From contig JBMORU010000001.1 in assembly GCA_049322215.1 (NCBI GenBank), positions 900,023 to 964,022 of the forward strand: 64,000 nt of DNA, read 5' to 3'. The first letter of the stretch is position 1. Every line of letters begins with the position of its first letter. Origin of the DNA: Patescibacteria group bacterium (GTDB lineage: Bacteria > Patescibacteriota > WWE3 > UBA101185 > UBA10185). A model generated the notes under the pieces. That model had not been told where the DNA came from and ran no database searches. It was given only the letters and a program-made list of their open reading frames with translations. Positions 1 to 9,336 of the stretch are shown here, piece after piece. The position numbers and the translations under genes were made by a program.

Positions 1-82
1 AGTTTTTGATTTTTGGGCAGGGAAAAAATTTTCAAAAACTTCTTATAAAATCTTTTTAAGTATTACAATTGCTTTATCTGCC

Positions 83-1057
83 ATGGTTGCAGCCACAATG
101 CACTTTGTTGCCCCAAGCCTTGCATTAATAGTAGCGGTATTAATAATTTGGGGTGTTTATTTTGAAACTGCAGCTTTTGCAAACTTTAATTTTATTCACA
201 AATTTATGAACATAAAACAACACAACCATGCATGGGGAGTGGTTTTTTCAGCCAAATCTTTAGCCTACTTAGCAGGACCACTAATTACGGTAGCATTAGT
301 AACTTCTGGCACAGGAAGCCCCATGCTTACAGCATTAGGCCTTATCATAGCAAGCTTTTTAGTATTTGTTCTTTTTAAGAAAAAATTTGATAAGCACAAA
401 AAAATAAACACCTATGTTCCAGAAGAGCAAAAAAGCTTTGCGCAAGAACTTAAAGTATGGAGAGTTCTTGGAAAACATGTATGGCCATTGTGGATTTTCA
501 ACTTTTTCTTAATACTTGTGGATTCTTCTTTTTGGACAGTAGGAATTATATTTGCTGAAAGATTAAGAGTAATTGAACCAGTAGGGGGGCTGTTTTTAAC
601 AGCCTACATGATTCCACAAGTGGTTGTAGGTGTTTTTCTTGTTAGAGTACTTCCTCCTGAAGGAAAGAAAAAAACAGCTTTCACGGCAGCAATTGTGGCC
701 GGAGTTCTTTTACATTTAATGGCTTACATGACAAGCGTTACAATTATACTTTTTACCGTTTTGGGAGCATCTATATTTTATGCTATTGCTATAGCCGAAC
801 TGCTAGCGGTATACGAAGACTATGTAGCAAGGCTAGGAATACATGGGAACGATTTAATTGGCTTGCAAAGAACATCAGAAAGTTTAGCCTACATTTTAGG
901 CCCCATAGCATTAGGATACACAGTATCTGTTATTGGATTTAGTGATACTTTTTCTGCTGTGGGCACACTGCTTGGAATTGTCGCAGTTGTCGCAATGGTG
1001 GTTGTTCCTAAAAAACTTAGAATGCCTCAAAAAGAGCTACTTGAATTAAACAAATAG
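83..1057 (+). CDS. Polytopic membrane protein (about 10 predicted TM helices; possibly transporter-like)
   Basis: Full ORF from the track. Hydrophobic helices run throughout. No diagnostic motif recognised. Confidence 0.3.
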   Translation: MVAATMHFVAPSLALIVAVLIIWGVYFETAAFANFNFIHKFMNIKQHNHAWGVVFSAKSLAYLAGPLITVALVTSGTGSPMLTALGLIIASFLVFVLFKKKFDKHKKINTYVPEEQKSFAQELKVWRVLGKHVWPLWIFNFFLILVDSSFWTVGIIFAERLRVIEPVGGLFLTAYMIPQVVVGVFLVRVLPPEGKKKTAFTAAIVAGVLLHLMAYMTSVTIILFTVLGASIFYAIAIAELLAVYEDYVARLGIHGNDLIGLQRTSESLAYILGPIALGYTVSVIGFSDTFSAVGTLLGIVAVVAMVVVPKKLRMPQKELLELNK

Positions 1058-1141
1058 GGGATTACTTCACAATAACGAATTTATTGAGTAAAATACAAGA
1101 GCTTTGGATGCATAAAGCGTTTAAGCACGGTAAATAAGTCT

Positions 1142-1217
1142 GCACCCGTAGCTCAGTGGATAGAGCAGTGCCCTTCTAAGGCAAAGGTCGGAGGTTCAAA
1201 TCCTCCCGGGTGCACCA
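1142..1217 (+). tRNA. tRNA-Arg (anticodon TCT)
   Basis: The acceptor stem GCACCCG/CGGGTGC closes with ACCA. The D-arm reads TAGCTCAGTGGATAGAGC and the T-arm GGTTCAAATCC. The anticodon loop CTTCTAA has U33 and A37. Confidence 0.8.
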
Positions 1218-1294
1218 TAAAGAAGGCTTACAAAGTAAACTTTTTGAAAACGCATTTGTGTGTTACAACACACAAAGTTGAAAAACTATTATAT

Positions 1295-1382
1295 GGGCGA
1301 GTGGCGGAATTGGCATACGCGACAGACTTAAAATCTGTTGAGATCTAATCTCGTGGGGGTTCGAGTCCCCCCTCGCCCACCA
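1295..1382 (+). tRNA. tRNA-Leu (anticodon TAA), long variable arm
   Basis: The acceptor stem GGGCGAG/CTCGCCC closes with ACCA. The anticodon stem ACAGA/TCTGT encloses the loop CTTAAAA. A long extra arm precedes the T-arm GGTTCGAGTCC. Confidence 0.8.
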
Positions 1383-1470
1383 CAACTTTATTATAACTTT
1401 TCGCAAAACTTTAACTCATAAAAAAAGGTGTCCAGTACGTTTTTAAAACACACTAAACACCAAAAAAAAA

Positions 1471-2031
1471 TTATTCTTGCTCTTCGTACAACACAACGGC
1501 CTCAGTAAATGGGGGAGAATATACAGTTATTTGTGGAGACTTGCGTAACACGTTTCCGTCTTCGTCCTTTATAACCAGTTGAATTATGTGGTTAGTGCCC
1601 TCATCATAAACTGGTATATCTATCCAGTTTCCTACATGGCTGCGCTCGACAACCCTGCCATGATCTGTGTGCACCAAATAAGCAATTTCATCAGGGTTGC
1701 GGATATACGAAGTACTAACGTGATACCAATTGTACAAGTAACCCTCTTCGTTAACTATGTATGTGGAACCATCTACAACAATAAGAGGATTTCCTGCATC
1801 AATAGCACGTGTTAAAACATCTTCGGGTAAAGACTCAGAAATGACAATTTCAAATTTATCCGCAGACAAATATGTTAAGTGTTTATCAATGCGGTGTATA
1901 ACCTGAAAATCTCTGTTTAAAAACAAGGTTAATACTATTCCCAAAAACAAACCGAGCACCATCACCATACCCAACTGCAACTCAGAGTACTTGCGATCTC
2001 CACCAAACAACTTTCTCCAACTTATGTTCAT
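1471..2031 (-). CDS. Hypothetical membrane-anchored protein
   Basis: ORF track. One N-terminal TM helix. No recognised motif. Confidence 0.35.
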   Translation of the reverse strand: MNISWRKLFGGDRKYSELQLGMVMVLGLFLGIVLTLFLNRDFQVIHRIDKHLTYLSADKFEIVISESLPEDVLTRAIDAGNPLIVVDGSTYIVNEEGYLYNWYHVSTSYIRNPDEIAYLVHTDHGRVVERSHVGNWIDIPVYDEGTNHIIQLVIKDEDGNVLRKSPQITVYSPPFTEAVVLYEEQE

Positions 2032-2136
2032 GTCTTTTTGCTCTCCTTATGTGATGAACAGTTATAATTATCAGCATTATAGCAGGGTATATTGTATACT
2101 TTAAACTAATACTAACAAAATTGTATAATTTCTAAA

Positions 2137-2739
2137 ATGTACTCATATTCAAAGGAATTTAAAGAATTAATAAAAACCAAAGAAAATGTGGTAAGGCTTC
2201 TTAAAGGTAGCGGGGTTGATGCAGAAGATTTGAAGTATTGGGAAGAGGGAAGAGGATTTATAGCAAAAACTATTGATTATGAAGGAAGCGTTTTAGATGT
2301 CGGTTGTGGTAACGGATTTTTATTAAAATCCCTGCAAGAATGGACTGAGCACACACTTACTCCTTACGGAATTGATAACAAAATACACTTAATAGAAGAG
2401 TGTAAAAAACTTTTTCCAAAGTTTTCCGAAAATTTTAAACCTCTTAATTTATATAAAAAAGAATTCGTGTTTAGATGGCTGTACGGCTTACCTAAAAACT
2501 ACGACTTTATTTACTGGAATGTATGGGACAATTTTCACTTTAGAGAAAGAGGAACAAAAGAAATGAATCATTTGCTAAATAGCCTTAATAATAATGGAAA
2601 ATTAATTTTGGGATTTTACGATATTTCAGATGAAGCAAAAAAAAGTAAAATAGATTACCTAGAAAACGAGGGGTACAAAGTAAAAACAGTTAAAAATCCA
2701 TTTGGCCACGAATGGCTTGGAATAGTAAAACGAAATTAA
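2137..2739 (+). CDS. Class I SAM-dependent methyltransferase-like protein
   Basis: A glycine-rich SAM-binding motif I, VLDVGCGNGFL, is present. Confidence 0.5.
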   Translation: MYSYSKEFKELIKTKENVVRLLKGSGVDAEDLKYWEEGRGFIAKTIDYEGSVLDVGCGNGFLLKSLQEWTEHTLTPYGIDNKIHLIEECKKLFPKFSENFKPLNLYKKEFVFRWLYGLPKNYDFIYWNVWDNFHFRERGTKEMNHLLNSLNNNGKLILGFYDISDEAKKSKIDYLENEGYKVKTVKNPFGHEWLGIVKRN

Positions 2740-3434
2740 ACTGCTGGTTTTAAAAACTTAGTATGCTCTGCAATGTGTTTACTTACATCTATAAAGGTTT
2801 TTACACCAACTAAAACAAGCAAAGGAATAATACTTTGTGCGGTCGAAACACCACTGTTTTGAATAAACGCACCACCTAAAATTATAGTTAAATGTAGTAT
2901 TATTATGCGTTTATATGGCTGTAACATTTGAGAATCGGGTGTAGCTTTAAGATACTCCCCACTGCCAATATAATTTACTCTATACGAAATCCAGTGACTC
3001 ACGAATAAAGAACAAAATCCCCAAAACAATTCAGTAAAGCCTAGTGAATAATTTTGTGCAAAATATGTAAATACAAAAACACCATGACCCGCGGTAAAAA
3101 TTCCATAATGTAGTGCAAAAAATGAAGCCAAACTAATAGAGTAATTAGGACTTCTTGGATTAACAGGCTTTCCATTTACACGTAAAGTTGCTGGACTACC
3201 TGGTTTAGGAACACCTTTGGCTCTTAATATTTTAAGAATATTTAAAATCCCAATTACTAAGTTTTCAGACCAATACAAAACCAAGATTTGTCCTAAATTC
3301 CAACCTAAAAACAAAACTCCAAATACAGGAATTAAATTAACTAAAACTAAAGAAGTTATAGAAGTAGACTTCATACTAAAATAATACACAAAAAAAGGGG
3401 ATGCTACTAAGTTTAAAACCAAATAACATCCCAC
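2736..3434 (-). CDS. Hypothetical polytopic membrane protein
   Basis: ORF with multiple TM helices. It overlaps the upstream gene by 4 nt. Confidence 0.35.
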   Translation of the reverse strand: MGCYLVLNLVASPFFVYYFSMKSTSITSLVLVNLIPVFGVLFLGWNLGQILVLYWSENLVIGILNILKILRAKGVPKPGSPATLRVNGKPVNPRSPNYSISLASFFALHYGIFTAGHGVFVFTYFAQNYSLGFTELFWGFCSLFVSHWISYRVNYIGSGEYLKATPDSQMLQPYKRIIILHLTIILGGAFIQNSGVSTAQSIIPLLVLVGVKTFIDVSKHIAEHTKFLKPAV

Positions 3435-3448
3435 AGGGCACCAAATGT

Positions 3449-3763
3449 TCAGTCAGGTAGTGGGGAATCAGGGAAGGTAAAGCATTCAACTAATTTCATG
3501 CCATCTCGATATTGGGGGCAAACGGGACGGCTGTTTTCTGCACTAACTCTCCAATTAGTAATTGAGGTTACACCTGTGCCTTCATTTACAAAAGTTCTTT
3601 CGTAAAGTCCTTCAAAAGAGTAACCTGAATCTTCTATAGCTTCACCTGCGGTTGCCGTGCTTACTATGTTTCCATTTGCTACATTTATTACAAGTAAACC
3701 CACAACAAGCATTATTACTAAAGCTATTGGATGCCACCACTCTAGACCAAGTTTCTTAGCCAT
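3449..3763 (-). CDS. Small membrane-anchored or secreted hypothetical protein
   Basis: ORF with an N-terminal TM or signal segment. A GGAG-like sequence lies upstream. Confidence 0.3.
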   Translation of the reverse strand: MAKKLGLEWWHPIALVIMLVVGLLVINVANGNIVSTATAGEAIEDSGYSFEGLYERTFVNEGTGVTSITNWRVSAENSRPVCPQYRDGMKLVECFTFPDSPLPD

Positions 3764-3830
3764 GATAAGCCTCCATATTTGTGATTTAAATAATTTTAGC
3801 AGTAAAAATTACGGAAGTAAATTTTATAGG

Positions 3831-5081
3831 TTATAGCGTAAAATGACCGTTTTCGTAAATTACTAATTCAGAACCATTAAGTAGAGTGGCAACCACTTTT
3901 CTATTTTCGGTAGAAACTATGTCTGTATGAACAGCAGAATTATTAAAACCCATTAGTTCCCATTCTTCATCACTAACTTTTTTAGAATCACCTTTGTAAG
4001 TTTCTTTAAATGAAGAACCTAAAGCAATATGAGTGTTTCCATATTTTCCACCAACATTTTCATCAAAAAGAGTATGCCCCATAAATTTTGTAATACGCGA
4101 TAAGCTTGAATCAGTGAGCGAAAATTCGCCAATTTTATTTGCGTGTTCAACTTTTAGCATTTCATGTAAAAACTTTTCACCTTTAGTTGCCTTAGCATTT
4201 TGAACAATACCGTTTTCAAATTCTAAATAAACATTCTCTACTAAGTTTCCGTAAATATACAAAGGCTCGGTAAATGTTATATGACCTTGCGTACCGCGCC
4301 AATCGGGAGAAGTAAAAATTTCAAAGCTCGGAATGTTGCGACCACCACCACTTAACCACTGTCTATCAGAACCCAACGCTACAATTAAATCGGTGTTTTC
4401 ACTAAGTATATGCAAATGTTCTATTTCGAGTTTGTTTAGTTTGTTTTTGATTTTGCTAATTTTATTAGAAATTTCGACCCATGTAGTCTTAGGGTCATCC
4501 TCATCTAAATAGCATGCGTTAATTATTTCGTTCCAATACTCTTCTAAAGACATTTTGGCTTCTTTAGCCATGGCTGGGGTTCCGTATAAGGCTAAAACCC
4601 AGGTAAACTTTCCTTCAATCTCTTTTTGAATTCGCCAATCTTTATAAGGTTTAAAAGCTCTACTAGTACGCATAATTTTTGCGGGGTCAATACCTTCTAG
4701 CTCGTGTGGATCTTCTTCAGCCAAAATAAGTAAATTGTGATCTGCCTCATCAACTTTACCTTTTAAGTACTTAGCCGGAAAAAAGTCTAATTGAGCAGGG
4801 GAGGCAAGCTCAAAAAATTCTCTAGTCATGCTGTCTGGCAAATATTGAATAATTGGATGACCACCTGCTTTTAAAACAGCATTTCGTAATGGAACTAAAA
4901 TAGGGCGTGCACACTCAGGAACTTGCAAAAAAACGACATCACCCTTTTTTATGCCTTTTTCACTTCCTAAAGCAAAATTAATTAACACATCGGCATATTT
5001 ATTTAAAACTTCTTCAGATGGAATATAAGACATTAAGACGATAGTAGCACAAAATGATAAAATGAAGCATATGCAAGACAA
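3831..5081 (-). CDS. Putative aminopeptidase (M29/AmpS-like)
   Basis: 416 aa. The C-terminal region contains GNTHIALG, which resembles the conserved metal-binding segment of M29 aminopeptidases. Family assignment is from memory. Confidence 0.4.
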   Translation of the reverse strand: MSCICFILSFCATIVLMSYIPSEEVLNKYADVLINFALGSEKGIKKGDVVFLQVPECARPILVPLRNAVLKAGGHPIIQYLPDSMTREFFELASPAQLDFFPAKYLKGKVDEADHNLLILAEEDPHELEGIDPAKIMRTSRAFKPYKDWRIQKEIEGKFTWVLALYGTPAMAKEAKMSLEEYWNEIINACYLDEDDPKTTWVEISNKISKIKNKLNKLEIEHLHILSENTDLIVALGSDRQWLSGGGRNIPSFEIFTSPDWRGTQGHITFTEPLYIYGNLVENVYLEFENGIVQNAKATKGEKFLHEMLKVEHANKIGEFSLTDSSLSRITKFMGHTLFDENVGGKYGNTHIALGSSFKETYKGDSKKVSDEEWELMGFNNSAVHTDIVSTENRKVVATLLNGSELVIYENGHFTL

Positions 5082-5769
5082 AAAAAATTTAGTAGCAATA
5101 GCACTAGTATTTTTATTTTCAATAGCAGTAGCATTTTCTAATTTGGCAGAACAAAAAGCAGTTGATGAATCAAAAATTCCTGAAAAAGTAGAAGAAAGCA
5201 GGGGATTTCAGCGTTGGATAACAAATATGAAAAACAAAGATTTAGAAGTGGAAGCCGACGAATTTGAGCTAGTAGAACAAAACGAAATTTACAACACAAA
5301 ATGGATAAAAATATACTCTTCTGACGATGACACACAAAAAGCTGAGTATGATAGACAAATTGCAGAACATAAGGATTTAGAAGATGTAGAATTTTCGCCA
5401 AGCGAAAGAGCATTTGTAGACTGGCGCCAACTAGAAAGGTACGACTACAAACCAAACGAAGTACGCTACTACGGCTTAAGAGATGACAAAATATTTGACG
5501 CACGAATAGTAGACTGCTCGGTAAGAGCAAACTGCTACTTTGACAGAGCTTACTTTTTAGACTCAAGCAACGACTTATTTGTAATTTCAGAATTTTCTAT
5601 GGACATACCGGATGAAGACTCAGAAGAAACGTTTGTACCTTGTTCAATAGATACAGAATGCACATACACAATAAAAGTGCACGTAGTAGACATGATAAAC
5701 AACAAACGCTCAATATATAAATCGGAAGAAAAACAACTTGTTTTAAGTGAAGTAATACCAGAACTTTAA
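5062..5769 (+). CDS. Hypothetical secreted protein
   Basis: N-terminal signal or TM segment. The body is acidic. Cys residues are present. Confidence 0.35.
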   Translation: MKHMQDKKNLVAIALVFLFSIAVAFSNLAEQKAVDESKIPEKVEESRGFQRWITNMKNKDLEVEADEFELVEQNEIYNTKWIKIYSSDDDTQKAEYDRQIAEHKDLEDVEFSPSERAFVDWRQLERYDYKPNEVRYYGLRDDKIFDARIVDCSVRANCYFDRAYFLDSSNDLFVISEFSMDIPDEDSEETFVPCSIDTECTYTIKVHVVDMINNKRSIYKSEEKQLVLSEVIPEL

Positions 5770-5801
5770 GTGAAATTTGTGTTAAAATGCTGTTTGTAAT
5801 G

Positions 5802-5896
5802 GGGAATAAGAACCTGCTTTGCAGAACCTTCTATCCCTCAGTAAACTTCCGGGTATAAGAACCCGCTACGCGGAATCTTCTATCCCTCAAATATTT
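5802..5896 (+). repeat. Tandem duplication (2 x about 48 bp) immediately 5' of tRNA-Pro, each copy containing a small covarying hairpin
   Basis: Copy 1 reads ...ATAAGAACCTGCTTTGCAGAACCTTCTATCCCTCAGTAAACTTCC. Copy 2 reads ...ATAAGAACCCGCTACGCGGAATCTTCTATCCCTCAAATATTTC. The hairpin CTGC-ttt-GCAG in copy 1 becomes CCGC-tac-GCGG in copy 2, with compensatory changes in both arms. Confidence 0.5.
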
Positions 5897-5973
5897 CGGG
5901 GTATAGCTCAGTTGGCTAGAGTGCGCGCTTTGGGAGCGTGAGGTCGCAGGTTCGAGTCCTGCTACCCCGACCA
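5897..5973 (+). tRNA. tRNA-Pro (anticodon TGG)
   Basis: The acceptor stem CGGGGTA/TACCCCG closes with ACCA. The anticodon stem-loop reads CGCGC-TTTGGGA-GCGTG. The T-arm reads GGTTCGAGTCC. Confidence 0.8.
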
Positions 5974-5983
5974 TATAATTAAC

Positions 5984-6008
5984 AAATCACCTTCATGGTG
6001 ATTTTTTA
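5984..6008 (+). terminator. Rho-independent terminator after tRNA-Pro
   Basis: The stem AAATCACC / GGTGATTT encloses a 5-nt loop and is followed by TTTTTT. Confidence 0.5.
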
Positions 6009-6197
6009 ATTGTATAGTTGTTGTTTGAGGATTTGCTTCGAGGACTGCATAATTCCGAATGAAATGAGGAATGGGTGAGCGAAGTGAAGCCACCCCGACC
6101 AGAAAAGTGTTCAGATCCATTTATGGATATGGGAAGTTGACCGCGTCCTGCATTATTTTCACAAAGCAGAGACATTCCTATCAAACTTCTACCCTCA

Positions 6198-6713
6198 CTA
6201 CAACCTCTCCAGCACAAACCCCGTACCTAAACCTATCAACACAAACCTAAAAAACTTCCCAACAAACAAAGGAACAGCATACTTCTTAAAAGATAAGTCT
6301 AAATAACCAACAATCAATCCAATAAAATCATAGGGAATAGGAAGCACAGCAATAACAAACAAAGCTAAATAACCATACTTATTTACCCATTTTTCAACTA
6401 CTAAAACTTTTTTACTTTTTTGAATAAAAGCATCGGCATTTCTTCCTACTATATAGGCTAAAGTATCATTAATAACTACACCAAAAGAAGCAATAGCAGA
6501 TAAAACATAAAGGTTATAATGCTGAGACATTGTTGGAATAATAATAGTAACAGGACCTAACATTCCATATAAAAAAACACCCCAATATCCTGTTTTTAAA
6601 AACGGTTCGGGGTTTACCGATATTAATATACTCCCAATAGCCAAAATACTGCCTATTATTACAGTTGCTTTTTTAAAACCATTCGAGTTAATTAAATTCA
6701 CAAGTTTATCCAC
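6198..6713 (-). CDS. Small polytopic membrane protein (DedA/VTT-like, tentative)
   Basis: 171 aa with 4-5 TM helices. The segment YVLSAIASFGVVINDTLAYIVGR resembles the VTT/DedA core. The match is weak. Confidence 0.3.
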   Translation of the reverse strand: MDKLVNLINSNGFKKATVIIGSILAIGSILISVNPEPFLKTGYWGVFLYGMLGPVTIIIPTMSQHYNLYVLSAIASFGVVINDTLAYIVGRNADAFIQKSKKVLVVEKWVNKYGYLALFVIAVLPIPYDFIGLIVGYLDLSFKKYAVPLFVGKFFRFVLIGLGTGFVLERL

Positions 6714-6806
6714 AAAATAATTATAGCTTACGTAAAATTGGTGGAAAAAAAAAGGACGCCACTCAATACTTTTAATATAGAATGACGCCCAACAAGCTAA
6801 AACAGT

Positions 6807-6932
6807 TTAAAAAATAACACTACCTTTATTACCACAACGAGTGCATGGCAAAATTTGCTTGCAACTTTCGTTCGAAACTACCAGCCATCGTCCTTTTTCA
6901 TGCCATCCAATTAAACACCTAATAGGTTTCAT
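6807..6932 (-). CDS. Unannotated small Cys-rich ORF (41 aa), zinc-ribbon-like
   Basis: It translates to MKPIRCLIGWHEKGRWLVVSNESCKQILPCTRCGNKGSVIF. A strong RBS, AAAGGAGCAAACTG, precedes the ATG. The cysteine spacing is C..C...CxxC. Confidence 0.3.
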   Translation of the reverse strand: MKPIRCLIGWHEKGRWLVVSNESCKQILPCTRCGNKGSVIF

Positions 6933-7060
6933 CAGTTTGCTCCTTTACATTGATATAGATTGGGCCTGTTAAAAGTTTTCTTGGCAGTATTCTATCTGAA
7001 AGATAGTACGACATCAATTTTGGTTATTGCGATTACGTTTTAAAGTTAAGGAAAGAAAAG

Positions 7061-7118
7061 AAAAAGCCACCCGAAGGTGGCTTTTTCAAGTACTCAAATG
7101 AAATAAATTTCATTTGAG
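7061..7118. terminator. Two adjacent perfect hairpins downstream of the 7194..8720 gene (likely bidirectional terminator)
   Basis: The first hairpin is AAAAAGCCACC-cgaa-GGTGGCTTTTT. The second is CTCAAATGAAAT-aa-ATTTCATTTGAG, with 12-bp perfect arms. Confidence 0.45.
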
Positions 7119-7193
7119 TTTTAGTAATATATAGTAAAGTTACTTAAGTGTCAACACCTAAGTTTTAAAAAAGTTGGCATAAGTCAAATATAA

Positions 7194-8720
7194 CTAAAAA
7201 TCACACCAACTAGCCACATATGCTTTTTTCCCAAGAGGGTAGTAAATGAAACTTAAATAGCTTTCATTATTTAAAAATCTATCCTTGTTCTTCTTTGCTC
7301 GAGGCAATTCCTTTTTATTATATGAAAATGGCTTAGGATTAGACAGCCCTAAGGCGTCTTGCAAATTTTCTATATAATCAGAAAACTTAGAATCCTCAGT
7401 ATAACTCTGTACATAGCACGATTTATTGTAAGACCTTAATTCTTGTAAACCTGTATAATCCTCTTTTTTTTCAGCCAGTATGTGATGAGTGTAGGTACCG
7501 TTAAGAGAAATTTCAGAATATATATTAAACCTTTCCCCAATTTCAGCCGCCTGTTTCCATTCTAATTTAGTTCTTTGTGAAAATTCCCACTGCAAAAAAA
7601 TTGAAATAATAAACAACATAGCCATACCAATATAAGACAGCTTCCGTAACTTTATAGAATCTTTATAGAAATGGATGAACAAAATAAAAAAAGTAATAAA
7701 TGATGGAATTAGATAGCGATCATAAAGATCTGAAGATACAAAAAGAATAAGAAAGTTAAATAAACCAAGCAAAAAAAGAAAAATTGTTTGCACGTTAGTT
7801 TTAGCTAAAACTTTATTACGAGAAAAATAATAACTTGTAGAAATTCCAAGCAACCCCGCGAATACTAATTTAAAAAAAGCGTTATCAAATAAGCTTAAAT
7901 TAGTTCTAAAGTTAGATTTCACATGCAAATTTTCTAAATATAAAACGTTTCCTACCGGGAAAAAGTCAAATTTATAAAAAATAACAGCCGCTAGCATAAG
8001 TAGGGAAAAGAAAAATAAGGTATTTTTTGGTTTTGGCAACGCTAAAAAAAGAGGCATCATAAAAATTACAAAGTATAAAGGCGACAACATGAGTAACTTA
8101 ATGCGTTTTAAAACAATTGGAGCGTCGAAGGCTAAAAATGGAGAACTTGTGCCATACCTTGGATACAAAAACACAATCAAAGTTCCAGCAAAAGTAAATA
8201 AAAGGGGAATTAATGCAGATTTTCTTTTTAAAATTAAAACAATAACGTAAACAACTCCTGTAAAAATACCTATTTGACGAACTAAAATAGATAAAAGAAT
8301 AAACATTGACCCTAAAATAAGGTCGCGCTCATTGTTTGAATCTAAGAATTTCAGAAAAAAGTAAATACTAAAAATAGTAGAAGTTAAAAAATAATTATCG
8401 GTCATAAATGAAAAAGCTGCTGAAAAAATCAACGGGTTGAAAAATAAAAGAAAACAAGAGAAATAAGTTATTTTTGAAGGAACTTTTAGGTGCTTTAAAA
8501 TAAGAAAAACACCATAAATCCCAACAAGAGTAACTAAGAGAGTAAGCACTTGCAAAGAAATAAAACTTGTTCCAAAAAGTTTTGACCAAATTAACCCAAT
8601 AAATCCCTGGGCAATAAAAGAAGGGTCTATTTGAGCATTAATGGACCATAAGCCCTTATTAAAAGCTTCTACTTGCCTAACAAATAGCCAATCGTCGTTT
8701 ACTGCATAGTTTCCAAACAT
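7194..8720 (-). CDS. Large polytopic membrane protein, putative GT-C-type glycosyltransferase (ArnT/PMT-like)
   Basis: 508 aa. More than 10 TM helices are followed by a soluble C-terminal domain. This architecture is typical of GT-C lipid-linked sugar transferases. No motif-level confirmation. Confidence 0.3.
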   Translation of the reverse strand: MFGNYAVNDDWLFVRQVEAFNKGLWSINAQIDPSFIAQGFIGLIWSKLFGTSFISLQVLTLLVTLVGIYGVFLILKHLKVPSKITYFSCFLLFFNPLIFSAAFSFMTDNYFLTSTIFSIYFFLKFLDSNNERDLILGSMFILLSILVRQIGIFTGVVYVIVLILKRKSALIPLLFTFAGTLIVFLYPRYGTSSPFLAFDAPIVLKRIKLLMLSPLYFVIFMMPLFLALPKPKNTLFFFSLLMLAAVIFYKFDFFPVGNVLYLENLHVKSNFRTNLSLFDNAFFKLVFAGLLGISTSYYFSRNKVLAKTNVQTIFLFLLGLFNFLILFVSSDLYDRYLIPSFITFFILFIHFYKDSIKLRKLSYIGMAMLFIISIFLQWEFSQRTKLEWKQAAEIGERFNIYSEISLNGTYTHHILAEKKEDYTGLQELRSYNKSCYVQSYTEDSKFSDYIENLQDALGLSNPKPFSYNKKELPRAKKNKDRFLNNESYLSFIYYPLGKKAYVASWCDF

Positions 8721-8817
8721 TAGTAAAAGTATATCAACGACAAAAGAAGAGGCAACTATGCATTAGGTACAAAAAAAAGGTTACTGAAAGACAAGCAATC
8801 AATAACCTTAAATGTTT

Positions 8818-9240
8818 TTACACTGCAGGATGAAAAGTGTAAGTAGCGCCAACACCACCATTGTATTCTGGCTTGTAATCGTAATAAACACGCCACCCAC
8901 ATTTAATGTAAAGATCAGAAAAACGCCACCAACCTTTAGCAAAAAAATCCTCAGGCGCATGTCCAAGTTTTACAAGCTCCGCAACAATATCCTTATACCC
9001 AATAACAGCCTTATCACCATCCCAACATGAAAAAATCAAAGTATTGACGATTATAATCACCGCTTTGGGAATAACAATAGCCTCTGGAGCTGCATTTTTA
9101 GTACTTGCAGAACTTGCCTTAACCAAACGGGTAACACCTTTGTGCCTTTTTGCGAGCAAAGCATGTGGACTAATAGGGTGCGTTTTTTTATTCCAACGAC
9201 TCCAAACACCTTTCAACCATATAGTTACTTTAGCAGTCAT
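8818..9240 (-). CDS. Hypothetical protein (140 aa)
   Basis: The start is reassigned to the internal Met of MTAKVTIW. It is preceded by a strong RBS, AAAGGAGGATACTA. The longer track ORF 8818..9396 has no RBS. Confidence 0.4.
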   Translation of the reverse strand: MTAKVTIWLKGVWSRWNKKTHPISPHALLAKRHKGVTRLVKASSASTKNAAPEAIVIPKAVIIIVNTLIFSCWDGDKAVIGYKDIVAELVKLGHAPEDFFAKGWWRFSDLYIKCGWRVYYDYKPEYNGGVGATYTFHPAV

Positions 9241-9336
9241 TAGTATCCTCCTTTGATATTTTAGGCGTAATTTACCGTAGATTTTTAAAACATTCAAGCA
9301 TGCTAAAACTTTTTTTCTCAATGCTAAAATTTCAAT

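Noticed and set aside
5138-5566. Minus-strand 142-aa ORF
   Set aside because: It lies entirely antisense within the better-supported 5062..5769 gene. The translation is Leu/Ser-rich and low complexity.
5993-6217. Minus-strand 74-aa ORF
   Set aside because: It spans the tRNA-Pro terminator hairpin and non-coding DNA. It has no RBS.
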